DNA from: Mustelus asterias
Taxonomy: Eukaryota
DNA length: 64,000 bases
Direction: 5' to 3'
Assembly (NCBI RefSeq): GCF_964213995.1
Contig: NC_135801.1
Coordinates: 134,168,001 to 134,232,000 of the forward strand
Under the pieces are notes generated by a model. The model had not been told where the DNA came from. It did no database searches and saw nothing but the letters and a program-made list of their open reading frames with translations. Below are positions 26,441 to 38,905 of this stretch, one piece after another; positions within the stretch are counted from its first letter, which is position 1; each line of letters starts with the position of its first letter. Position numbers and translations under genes: made by a program.

Positions 26441-28279
26441 GCTTAACATTCTTAAATTCTGCTGAATTACCTTCTAGATTTGAAAGAAATTTCCCCTTGG
26501 AGATTAAATAAATTGCTTCAATATTCATTCATTTCCAATACCACTGCACATGTGGAGCCAAGGTGAAGTGCAGTCTTCTGATGAAGCAGGACTAAAAGAT
26601 GGGGGGAATAACTAATTTGGGGCACATAGATATGCAGTCTTCGTTTTAAAGTTAGAAATTCCTTATTTTTTGAGTTCCATTTTAAAATTCAGTCAAATGA
26701 AATGTATCACTGCCTCGGATATTGTAAATATTTTAGGAACAGGAATGTAATTTCAAAAAACAGCTTAATAAAAATATATAATTATGAGGACTGAACAGCA
26801 ACTAGTTTGTGTAATGTCAGTCACAATTACTTCAAGTGTCCTTTGGCAACCAGTTCTCTTGATTTCTTAATGTTTTCTACCATCATAATTTCTTCCTAAA
26901 ATATTGAAATGGCCACCTTTTGACAATCACCACATCTCACTAAGGGTTGTATATCAAAATTAAATCTCAAATACCATTTCACTTACCAGGTGAAGTACAA
27001 ACACAGTTCAAATAAATGAAGGCATTATGCTGTTATGTTATTCACTGCAACAAAATCATAGTCATTGATTATCAGAGCCATATTCTCAATAATCTGTTAA
27101 CACGCTTTTTCCTTTGATCCAAGTTTGCTGTTTATGATTGCCCTCTGTTCAGAACTTCCCTTAGATATTCCCACCTATTCTGTTCCAACATTGGGCAGTT
27201 CTTTCCCAGCGAGAACGTATGCCATTGCCTTTCAAAGTCACAGGTAATTTTGCCTGGCTTATTACAAATAAGCAACTATGGTGTATCATGAAAATTAAGC
27301 TTCACACAGCTTTGCATTAATAAATCCTGCGCGAGTCAAACATTCAGGCTATTTTAAACCAAATTACATTTACAAAGACAAGTGGAAAGCAAAAGAGAGA
27401 CTGGTTTAAAATTAATTTCTGCAATAGTAACCTGCGATATTTTCTGTAGATTAACAAAATGGATATGCAAAATAGACATTGCACCATCACTTTACAAGTC
27501 TTAGAAAGGCATGTAATTCAACAAAATTCCGAGATAGTAACCAATATGAAAAAGATAATTACAGAAGATTATTCAAAGTTGATTCAGAGAGAACAAGGGG
27601 CACAGGTTTAAACTAGCAAAAGTCTAATGCAAGAAAACACTTTCTCACAGAATGGTCAACACATGAAATTGACTTCTGATAGTATAGTTAAAACAGTAGC
27701 ATGAGAGTGGTTGTACATAGATGCGGCAATGCATGAACTAAAATAAGTAAATGGCTTTCTTTATCCAAAATTATCTTGAGATCTTATGGATTAATATAAA
27801 CTGTATGGCCAATTACATTGTTTAATCAACCTATTATGTGAAATTTTATCTATTTAATTCATTTTCCTCTATGGAAGTACCCATAATATTTGAAAGATTT
27901 AATATGTAACTTTTTGTTAAAATATTTATTGCATAAGGAGTTTGGTTTCACCATGAAGCCAAATACACTGTACATCAACTTCTCCTTGCAAATCTCACAC
28001 AAGCTTCGCTAACGATTCAGTCCACCTATTTAATAAGCAGCTGACAAACACAGAGCAGTGTGATCACTGGGCTACATTGAGTTTAAATGTAGCAATGGTA
28101 AGGCAAATAGCCTAAGATGCCTAGAGTTAAGTCATTTTTCTGATAACTATCGAGGAGTTAATAGCATTGAATCATAACTTCGGACAGACTAGATCCTGAT
28201 GTTGTATTCTATCCCCTCTCTAATTGAATATTCTGTCAACACTCACTGTCAAGGTTCATGAACATCTATTTGGGCATTT

Positions 28280-29000
28280 CAGGCAATGGCCATCTCCAAC
28301 AAGGGAGGATCTAACCATCGTCCCTTGACATTCAATGGCATTAGCATCACTGAATCTCAACATCCTTGGGGTTATCATTGACTGGATACTGAACTGGATT
28401 AGCCATATAAATATTATGGCTACCAGAGAAGGTCAAAGGCTAGGAATCCTCCTGACTTGCCTCCAGACCCCTCAAAACTTGTCCACCATCGACAACTCAC
28501 AGGTTAGGAATGTAATGGAACACGCTCCACTTGTCTGAATGGGTGCAGCTCCAACAACACTCAAGAAGCTTGACATCATCCAAGACAAAGCAACCCACTT
28601 GATTGCTACTCCTTCCACTAACATTCACTCCTGCCACCACCAACTAACAGTGACAACTGTCTACAAGATGCAGGAACTCACCAAGGTTCCTTAGGCAGCA
28701 CCTTCCAAACCCACAACCACAACCCCTCGGAAAAAAAGAGCAGCAGATATCTGGGAACACCACCACCTGAAGGCTCCCTTCCAAGGCACTCATCCTGATT
28801 GGGAAATACACCCGCTGTTCCCTCAAAGTCACTAGGTCAAAATCCTGGAATTCCCTCCCTAATTGCACTGTGGGTGTACCTACACCTCAGGGACAGTAGC
28901 TGTTGAAGGAGGTAGCTCACCACCACTTTCTGTAGGGCAACTGAAGATGGGCAAAAAATACTGCCCTAGTCGGTGACACCCACATCCTTAAATGAATTTT
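28280..29000 (+). mobile_element. Old CR1/L2-group LINE 3' fragment (second copy at 63235-64000, minus)
   Basis: NILGVIIDWILNWISHI and SQVRNVMEHAPLV motifs; reverse-complement similarity to the window end. Confidence 0.65.
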
Positions 29001-30959
29001 AAAAAATATTACCAGAGGGTGCTCATCCCCCTTGGACCATTGCTGCATTAAGAAATATATGCCTTCAACCATTGGAAAAGGAGAAGAGAACACTATCTAC
29101 TAGAAAACATTTGTAACTAGTTAAGCTCTCCTCTGGCCAAAAATTTGAAAACAAGTGAAGAGAGCTCTCAGTAAATCATATACCTCCACAAGGCTGTGTT
29201 AACTTGATGCTATTACAATTAAGCAGCTCTTCCTTGAGGCTTTGCCTGTCTGGATAATGCTCTTTAACTACAAAGCTGAAAAGGCTTCCATCTCACTGAG
29301 GAGTCTTCAACCAATGACATTCAATAACCTGCTCTGAAAACTCTGCTCACATTTTGACAGCAGTGATAAATTCCACCAGAGAAGCAGGGACAATTAAAAA
29401 AAAAAATAAAACAATAAAAAATCAATGAAGTAAAACAATCCATAACATTCCAAAAAAAAGGCAATTTGTTCCATCTCCCAAAGTTAATGGGTCCTTTAAA
29501 AATTTCTAAGATCCAAATCCGGATTGGCATCTTCAGTAAAACTAATCAGTTCATCCTCAGGCCATATCCTAGCTGTATGCCACATTTTGTTGAAATCCGT
29601 CTGTTAATTTTGTTTACAGAAAAGTAGGGGGAAAAAGCATTACCTCCGCCCACCTGCAGTTGTGGAGGCAATAAAAATGCTTCTCTCTTAGATCTCCAAA
29701 ACCAAGATTGTCACTTAGATTGTAGTCATGGATGTTGCTTGTAAAATTGTCTAAGAACACCTCAAAGTATAATTTCTGCCTTGCCAGCAGATATTCCATA
29801 TAAAACACACTGAATCATTCACAAACCACTCAAGCTGGCTAACAGTACAGCATGCTTAATCAAACAGAAATTACTTACAACAGCAAGATGCAATGAGCAC
29901 TGGAGGCAGAATTGTCCTAGTTTCCTCTATCTGCTATTTATAAAATCCATTTCTTTACCAATTCCTAAAATGACATAACCTCGTGGTTAGAAAAGGTAAA
30001 AGCAAAGATATGGCTCCCTCAATGTAAAATTAGATTTTCGCGTGCGAGTAAATTATCTGGCATTATTGAAACTTGGTTAGCTTTCCCAGCTAAAAATACC
30101 CTTTCACATTGACCTGATATCTTGTGTTCACTAAAATATTAAAACTTTAATATTTTAATGTTAAAACTTTAATACTTTTGATATGGAAGTCAGCATTCCA
30201 TGACTTCTGTATTAAAAGGGTCCAATATAGAAAAGTAGTAAATAAAAGTATACACTTTATAGTCAACATGGGTTTACAGGCTGGAATGCATCTATTTCCA
30301 GGTCACAACCCTGTCCCATGTCACTACCGCGCACCACATGCTATTTTGAAGTAGGAAGCCAATTAGTTGCCCATTGGTGCATTCTACCATTCAGTATTTA
30401 GTGAGGAATGTGTTGAGGAGATGGAATGTAGATATGGCAGCCTATCTTGGTGCACACGGCAGCCACGATTGTGAACACTGATATTGTTGACAATGCTAGA
30501 GGCCAGAACACATCTGAGAGCAGCATAGCATGCAGCCATGGAGGATATCTCACAATTTGCTAATGGCGCTGTTGGAAACAATGGCAATCCACCCGAGACG
30601 AGGTGAAAGGATGGAGCTCTGTCCATGTTTGTTCACTTCATGCCAATGCATAAACTGCTAAAGGCTGTTATAGTTCTACAGAAGCAGCTACTGGCAAAAT
30701 CGTGTTTTCCTAACAAGTTACTTGACTCCCACGAGCCCAGTTGTGGAGCAGCTGCCTCAGCATACCAATACACTGTAAAAATTTCAGATAAGGAATGGAT
30801 GAGTTGATTGATAATAAAACTAAAAATTTGGCAGTGCCAAACCATCTAAATAATTGGGTCTTATAGAAAAATGTTATGAATTCTGGGTGTTAGAAAGAAA
30901 GAAATTAATAGAGCTCAGTGTCACAAATAACGCTAGGGATAAACAATGGAATGCACTGA

Positions 30960-31210
30960 AATGCATTTCTAAGTATAGAAATTTTGGCAAAATATTCATC
31001 TTTACAGAAGTAATATGACCAACTAAAGATAGGGATGAATTAGGCCAACATTCTAAGTCCTGCTTCATAGGGTCAAAGTTCATCTTATAAAGGTCTCCAA
31101 GGGATCAAGTAATTAAAATTCCTAAATATTTAAAACTGCTTACTGAGATCTTGAAGGAGAGGAGAGAAAGAAGGTAACTCTTCGCAATAAAGTTACTAGG
31201 AAAAGAGTCT
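30960..31210 (-). mobile_element. L1-clade ORF2 fragment
   Basis: SLSLVGHITSVKMNILPKFLYL and FKYLGI-like motifs typical of fish L1 RT. Confidence 0.75.
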
Positions 31211-33224
31211 GCTAATTCTGACTGGCTTCATCGCAAGCAAAGTTGACACAATTGTTGGCCTGGCAAAGACGCCAGAAGAAGTCACTTGTCTTTTGCATTG
31301 GCGCGTGTTGACTGCAAGGTCTTGCAAGCGTCTGCAGCACAGCTCTAGAAGAATTCAGAGGCAAAAAAGTTGAGGGTACTGGGGATTTGACAGCTGATAG
31401 GAAAGCATGGCTATCAGGTCCAGTTGGCGGCAGGTTTTGTTCCAGAAGGTTGCAACATTTTGAACCTCCTGAGCCACTAGACATGTTATGGAAGCGTATC
31501 CGCTATCTGTCCACCCTGTGTGGCACATATAGCCTCCTGGGAACTGAATATCTCTGCTGTCCCCCATCTCCTGTTGACCCGCACTCAGTTCCGTGGGGAG
31601 CAGGTTCTTACTGGTGCATATCCTGCTAGGGGTCATCTTGGTCCTTCCCTGAGACCCAAAGTAATACAAAGTAAGTGACACCCATGTTGGTCAGATGGAT
31701 CAGAACTCCAGAGAGCAGATCAGACCTCTGACCCTCCAAAGTCTGTGAAGTAATGTCTCAGCACAAATACTGTGAACAAACCCTTTCAAACAAGCACATA
31801 AATAAGCAGCTACACATACTCAGTACTTATTCAGCACATTTCCCGGTCATGGCTTCAGTTCCCTCAACTGTCACTTTCTTCTCGCCTTGTTTTCACTTGC
31901 GTGTTCCAGGGAGCATGGGAAATCAGTGGAACCAATGTTAAAACTCCAAAACCTGCGCCAATATTGCTGTAATTGAGTGATTAACGATTAAAATTTGTCA
32001 CAGCTGTTCATACGCAGTCTAAAGAGCTGCAGTTAAATATAGAAGTCAGTGGGTTGGAGCTGACTTCCTGAAATGCTTTCATTTTGCCGAGATTTCATCT
32101 CTCCCCGCCCTCACCCAAACCATTTAACACCTAAGTTTAGTTAATTGTAGGATGTTAGTGACAACTTCTAGTTATACAAGATTGTGTGCATTAACCACTG
32201 AAGTATAAATGAAATTTGTTTAGGTAGCATCATTTTTAAATGTTTATTTACCCACCAAAAATCCTATGTATTACATTTTTATGTAAAGGCATAGGAGCAG
32301 AAATTTGTGTCGGGTGGTATCAAATCAGCTACCTTATGCATAGTACCTGACCCAATTCTGTTTGTTTTGCACTAATGCCCCTTAGAGGAGAATTCTACTG
32401 AAAAAAGTCAAACTGATTAAATCTACAGACTGAAAAGCATCACAGCCCAGTCTGCTCTTTGCATCACAAACTGGGCTATATTTGGTCAATTGATGATCTA
32501 TTTGATGATGTAAGCATGCCAACTACTGTCATACAATCTGTTTTTCAGCATGTTCCAACCAACCGGCAGTGAAATACAAATAACTGCTGACATAAGCTAT
32601 TAATTTCTCTCTGTCAATTTAGTTTTTGAGGGACAATTCAAATTTGTTGGAGCACCGAAGGTTCAATGTTGCTTATGACTGTAAATGGTTTGTGCCACAT
32701 GAAACCTACAGAAGATAATTCATTAGTGATGAGTTACAACAGTCCCTTCACAAATGTAGAAAACTCGTAACTCAAGAGCATCACAAACATCAGTTTACCA
32801 ATATCTGGAGTAGGAATATGAAACTGAAGACTTCTTAAAACATGACTTAAAAATAAAACCAAAAATAAAAAGTATCAAACAGTTTTAAAGAAGTTATCAA
32901 GGAATGAGGGTTTGCAGTTAGGTGGGAAGTTAAGAAGTTTTTTTCCTCAATAGAATTAAGAAGGCTTTTATGATCGAAAAGGGTTATAATACATAGAGAA
33001 ATGATTACCATTTTTGATGTTGGGACACTAATAAGAATGCATAATTTTATATAGCAAGGAAAATAAAGCAAGTTTAGGAAATAGAAATTCACACACAGAG
33101 GATGGCTAGAATACAAAATTATGAGACACTAACAACTATTGAAGCAGAGTTCAAAAATTGCGATAGAAATGGCTTGAAAAAGATTACAGAGAACAGCAAG
33201 AATGATATTATATTTAAAAACACC

Positions 33225-33560
33225 ACTTGATTTGTATCCTTGTGATTAAATCCCTCCATGGACTCGTACTTTATTATCTTTTGTACCTTTCTTTAACTCT
33301 ACACCACTACAGAGCTTGGTGCTCCTCCAAAACTGGCCTTTCCTGCATCCCAATTATAATCACTCCACCATAGGTGGCCGTGCCTTCAGCTGCCTCACCT
33401 TAAATTCTCGAATTCTCTCCCTAAACCTCTCTGCCTCTCTCTCCTCATTTAAGGCTCTCCTTAAAACCAACTTCTTTAACCAAGTTTTTTGTCACCTGAC
33501 CTAAATCTGTGGCTCTGTTAATTTCTTATTTAATAAATGAAAAAGGTTGTTGAAATGCAA
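33225..33560 (+). mobile_element. Old L2 3' fragment
   Basis: STIGGRAFSC...SLSSFKALLKTNFFNQ motif. Confidence 0.7.
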
Positions 33561-35379
33561 TCTATAATAAATTGTATATTTATTTCAATGCAACAATTGA
33601 CAGAGCCAGATATTAAATCCAATGACCGAATGGTGTGTTATGAGGAGGAACTAGTGAGTACCTGTTTCACCCTCTGCAAAGAAAACAAAAGAGAATGAAA
33701 CTGAACAGACCACCCAGCATTGACCTAGGCACTAGAAAGGACAACAGCAAAGCCAGCCCTGTCGACTCTGGAAAGTACATATTACAAAACCACCACCCAA
33801 AGAACCCAAGTGCCAGTCCACACCTTTAGGTACATGCTGACTTTAACTTCTGAGGCATACCCCCTGGTCCTTAAGTTGATATTGAGGCAGGCTTTCTTGA
33901 CTTGGTGCATTAGATGGCTATGGTCTGAGTCCTCGGGGTACCTGAACCCTACTGAGCCCTATATATGGGGTCACCTGCATTTGTGCAGGGCCTGTCTCAG
34001 CAATCAGAGAAGGATCGCCATCTTATTAAAGGGGCTTAGGGTGTGCCTTCAGCTGTGGCGGCACTCTGACAGAAGCCCCATTGCCTGAAGCCTGCCTCTC
34101 TGCTCTTCGAAGCTTCACATTCATTTCCTGTGGTCACCTGGAGTGATTGAGTTCTTGGTTCCAGGAGATCCATGGTTGGCCTATCTAGCCAATTTATTGC
34201 TCTATTGACCTCACTGTTGAGGCAAATTCATGAATGTCTGCTCGCAAATCCTGTATCCGCTTTGTGCTATGCTACATGCATCTCTCCACGAGGGTTGCCA
34301 TTCTGTCAATGGAGGATACCATGTATTCACTTGCCAGTGAAATGTAGCCCTCATGTCATGGATGGACTCCTCATGGATCTTCACTTAAGCTCCCAATGAT
34401 CTTCACACATTTGGTAAATCAGCTAAAGCCTCTGTTGCTTTGCTGATGAAACATAAAGCTTGCCATTTGCAAGGAGCTGAACATCTTTGGGTCTCTCCTC
34501 ATTCCTCTGAGGGAAGTGGCCACAGCTAGCATTCCTCCACTGCTGCCTCCAGGGCATCCATGAAGTGCTCAACAGATAGTTCCACCTATTCTACATGTGC
34601 AACAGGACCGACCAACATGAGTGTCACTGCGCTGGTGGAGGATATGCAGACATCAGGTGGTGCAGTTTCTTCAGCTGATGTTGTATTCTGTGAGCTTTCC
34701 AATGTGGCTGTATCCCTGGTCTGTTCCTCCGCTGCTGCTGGACCTGGTGGAGATAAACTATTGAAGTGAAACCTGTGGTCATTCAACCAAGGCCCCTGAC
34801 CTCTCCTTGGAAAGGAGCTTACACTGGTGGTAAGGACCCAGACAGGTTTCTTATGCCAAATATTGTGTCAGGAATGCTGTACACAACCAAATCTTTACAC
34901 ATTTTCCACACGCCCCTACACCTGACTTGCCCGCAGTGACAGGCTGTAGCAACCTATCCAATCTGGGCAGTCTTCTTCTCCATTGGTGTCACCACGGTGA
35001 TAACAGCTACTCCATCTCTGCTACAATGGTGCTCCCTGACATTTCTAGCACACTTCCTGCCATCACGAACATGGGTGACGCTAGTCCCGTCTCCTGATTA
35101 CTCTTAACTACTAATCACTCTGAGGCAGTGTAAAAGTGGCACACTATGCTGCTGGGTGGGAATGGTGAGGGAGCCATTAAGCCATCTTACTGTAGCATTC
35201 ACCCAGGCCCGAGAATGAATTTTGGGTGCATAATAACTACATGCTTCAAAGTTAACATTGGTGCCTGGCATTGCCCATGCATGGGTCTACCACCTGGCCT
35301 CAAATTTCATGAGTGTATTTCACTTAATACTGGGTTCTCAGTTGCCAACTGTGAAGACCACACATTTTTCTAGCCTGTA

Positions 35380-36160
35380 ACAGGTCATTAAACCACTTCC
35401 TGTATTGCATCCGGGTTTTAGCAACATCATCTCAGCTGTTTAAGACTTCTGCCACCTTCAATCATGCTTTCTTGGTGATGCTTATTGGCCTCCTCCTCCT
35501 GTCTTCAGGAAAGTGGACCTGCAAGCTATCATGGACTGCTTCAGAAAAAGGTAGTTCAAGTGAGATGTTGCTGAAACATGGGGCAACCCTTCCTCTTTCA
35601 ACCATCATCTGTATACTATCTTCTCAGATGTCCACCTGCTCTGTCGTACCTCTGTGACTGCTGCACAGGTGAGTTAAAAAAAACAGCTGCATGCGAGCTG
35701 TCAGCACTCGGGCTTATCCTCCACCAAGAACTAGACAGCTCTCTCAATGGCAATCCCTTAATTAGCTTAAACGTTAAGTATAGGAGAAATCCTGCCTGCC
35801 CTTGTGTGGTCAGGCTCACTGGCCAATCGAACAGTACTCCCATGGTCACACAGGTGCAATTGTGATACCATGCAGAGCAAATCCCACTTCTCTTTGTGCC
35901 TGCAAGATTGCAGTCCGTCTGAAAATGCATCAACCGCCTAGCTCTTACAACTAGGGAATCAGTTACCAGTGACTTGCAGTGGCGTGTTGCCGCTTGTGAG
36001 ACACCAATAAAGTCCACTGCTGACCCATGGAAAGAACTAGAGAGAAAAAGGTTCAAGGCTACAGTAACTTTAATGGCTACCGGCAGGACATAGCTAACAT
36101 CACAGTGAGGTCTAAGCTTTCTCTCATTGAGGATGTGAGGGAAGGAGGAAGAAGGCAAGG
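35380..36160 (-). mobile_element. PIF/Harbinger transposase remnant (HARBI1-like); adjacent 33.8-35.3 kb may be further element sequence
   Basis: LPVAIKVTVALNLFLSSSFHGSAVDFIGVSQAATRHCKSLVTDSL resembles the Harbinger transposase N-terminal region; downstream degenerate KG(Y/C)P motif; many disablements. Confidence 0.75.
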
Positions 36161-37710
36161 GAAGGAAAAGTCAGGTAGGAGGGATAGGGAGGAGAGTGGG
36201 TGAGCGAGTGAGGCATGCGGGGGCGGGGGGAGTCCTGCATAACTCTCACTGAAGAATGAAATAGAAATGAGGCATGAAGTGGAAGAAAATTTAGCAGACT
36301 GCATTCATCAATATCCCTCATATTTGAGAGCGTTAGTACATTATAATAGCAATAGAGACTGTGATAACAGAAAACAGTTGGATTAGCAATGGAAAATTAC
36401 AGCACCACATTTTGCAGGTTAGCACTGGTTCAGAATATACATTTGCACCTTTCAGCATTAAACAAATTATGTCTGCTGTGTACTTCCACAGAATGAAGCT
36501 TTAAGACATTAAAATTAAGTTAGTTTCAAAGCTACGTGGCTTTTTTTCTTTTTAGGAGCTCGTTATTTTTATGGGAAACCGTGAAAGCAAGGCTAAAAAT
36601 GATTGTGTCGAGTTTTAAAATCACATTCTTTCTATCCCACTGTGAATTTTTGAAGTACAGTACAGATGTGTGGCAGTTTATAGATTAAAAAAAACAAAGG
36701 AACAGCTTTATTCCGTTAATATTCTTTCTTTGCAAGTCAAAGCTCTTAATGCCTTTCATTACTTTTGTACCAAAATGAATTGACATCAACATTTAGCTGC
36801 TGGCAGAATACAAATTTGCACAGTCTTAAATATGTTGAAATAACTTTGGAAAGAACACCAGAATGACAATTTTTTCCACAACTGAACTTAATTTTCTACT
36901 ATATCTTAGTTGTTACTAATCCATTAGTCAGCAATTCCACTGAAAAGCAACAGAAGCTTAAAGTTGGAGCAAGTCACAATTTTATAGGTATTGGCAAGGT
37001 TGTTTATCTCTATTAATTACATTTATCGCCTTTCCAAAAGAAAAGTTGCTTTGTATGTTCTATATTATTTTATTTAAAATATGCATACAGCTGCACCAAA
37101 TGTTTGCTGCACAGTTATGTCGTTGATGTACTCTGCCTATTTCCCTCTGAAACCACATGGGTGCACCTTAGAACTTTATGGTGAACTATTCTGAGCTGAA
37201 AGGAAAAACAAAATTTATGTTCTAGAAATGGTGAGTTGTATCCCCAAATGGCGTCTATAAAGGAACATGACAATATGCTTCCAACAGCAGTAAAGTGCTC
37301 ATTAAATCATCCGGTCTCTAAAAATATCATAAAGCTACAGACAGACATGAGGTAACTACCAATTACATATTATCTTTATGTACCTGCACACAGACACACT
37401 CTCAATTAAAATCACGAAAAAACATATTCCAGAGGCATGCCGAGTTATCATGGAGCTTGTTGCATGACTATTCTCTTGGTTTGACATAACTATCATGTCA
37501 AACATTGACTTGCTCACATTCATGGGGCTGTTCAAGACGTGGGCTCTTCAGGGTGGTTCCCAGTCAATGGAAATCAGAATGTTGCTTCAAAATGAATAGT
37601 GGCATTAAAACGTAGAAGTCGTCTGAGAAGACCCCACGCACTAACCTCCTCGAAATTGCCCAGCAAATTTCAACTTCGGTTGGATAATTACTCTGCGTCT
37701 GGAACCTAAG

Positions 37711-38015
37711 AGGGCAGCATGGTGGCACAGTGGTTAGCACTGTTGCCTCATAGCGCCAGGGACCCAGGTTCGATTCCTGGCTTGGGCCACTGTCTGTGCA
37801 GAGTCTGCACATTCTCCCCGCGTCTGCATGGGTTTCCTCCGGGTGCTCCGGTTTCCTCCCACATTCCAAAAGACATGCTGGTTAGGTGCATTGGCCATGC
37901 TAAATTCTCCCTCAGTGAACCGAACAGGTGCCGGAGAATGGCGACAAGGGGATTTTCATAGTAACTTCATTACAGTGTTAATGTAAGCCTACTTGTGACA
38001 CTAATAAATAAATTT
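37711..38015 (+). mobile_element. V-SINE with alternative tail (tail fragment repeated at ~38822-38905)
   Basis: Same head and V-domain as 3588 but a different 3' part, ending acttgtgacactaataaataaa. Confidence 0.8.
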
Positions 38016-38694
38016 TAAAACCCTGATTTAAAGACTTTGGTCTTTTGGTTTGTTCTAATTCACATGGCGAAATAATTATCCAGGAAAAGTTAGGTGGATT
38101 AAAACAAGTGCTAAATCCTGAGTAACAATACTACTAACACCTCCAACCCTCACTGAACCCCCCCCCCCCACCCCAACTAAACCCCATGATGATCTGACTG
38201 GTCCCACACTCTGACTAGCATCCCGACACCCCCTGGCTAACCCCTTCCCACCCAATTACCCTCCTGAACCCCGACTACCCCAACCTCTTCCCCCTCCCCC
38301 ACAACCACCATATGCCTACCCTGTCCAACCCATCCTATCCCATAACCTTACACACTTACTTTCTCTCCTAGCTTGTTTAAGTGACTAAGGCATTTAAACC
38401 TACCCATAACATATCAGCTGGTGCTGTAAAAGGGGAGCATAGCTTTGCTTTCACCGTGTTCCTACACAGAAATACTCCAGGAGCAGCAACATTTCACATT
38501 TCTCAACAGATCAGGTCAGGAGTCTGGGTGAAAAATGTGCGGTTCCAGACCAAGGTAATAAAAATAGAAGCAGAGTGGCAATCTGACAGTGATTGCCACT
38601 TCACAGAAGAATCAGCCCATCTTTTTTTAAAAAGAGTAAAAGGGTTTGAATTGGTAGAAGGAAGTAAATTAAGTAGGACAGTGGAAAGAAAAAA

Positions 38695-38812
38695 AGACTT
38701 GCATTAATGTAACACTTTTCACAACCACTGGACATCTCAAAGCACTTTACAGTCAAGCAAGTACTTTTAGAAATGTAGTCCCTGTTGTAATGTCAGAAAT
38801 GTGGCAGCCAAA
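38695..38812 (-). mobile_element. SacSINE1/DeuSINE-like 3' fragment (related pieces ~7915-8020, ~43950-44075, ~51040-51160)
   Basis: L2-like tail aagtgctttgagatgtcc...gtgaaaagtgttacattaatgcaagtcttt; family assignment is from memory. Confidence 0.5.
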
Positions 38813-38905
38813 AGAGGTCATAGACGTGGCGACTAGGGGATTTTCACAGTGACTTCATTGCAGTGTTAATGTAAACCTACTTGTGACACTAATAAATAAA
38901 CTTAA

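Noticed and set aside
29184-29328. Selenoprotein/readthrough exon (single in-frame TGA in an otherwise open frame)
   Set aside because: No recognisable homology or SECIS; one stop in 48 codons is unremarkable.
31212-31630. Cys-rich host or piggyBac exon
   Set aside because: No convincing motif or splice sites; the plus strand looks more like a very decayed RTE 3' end, too weak to annotate.
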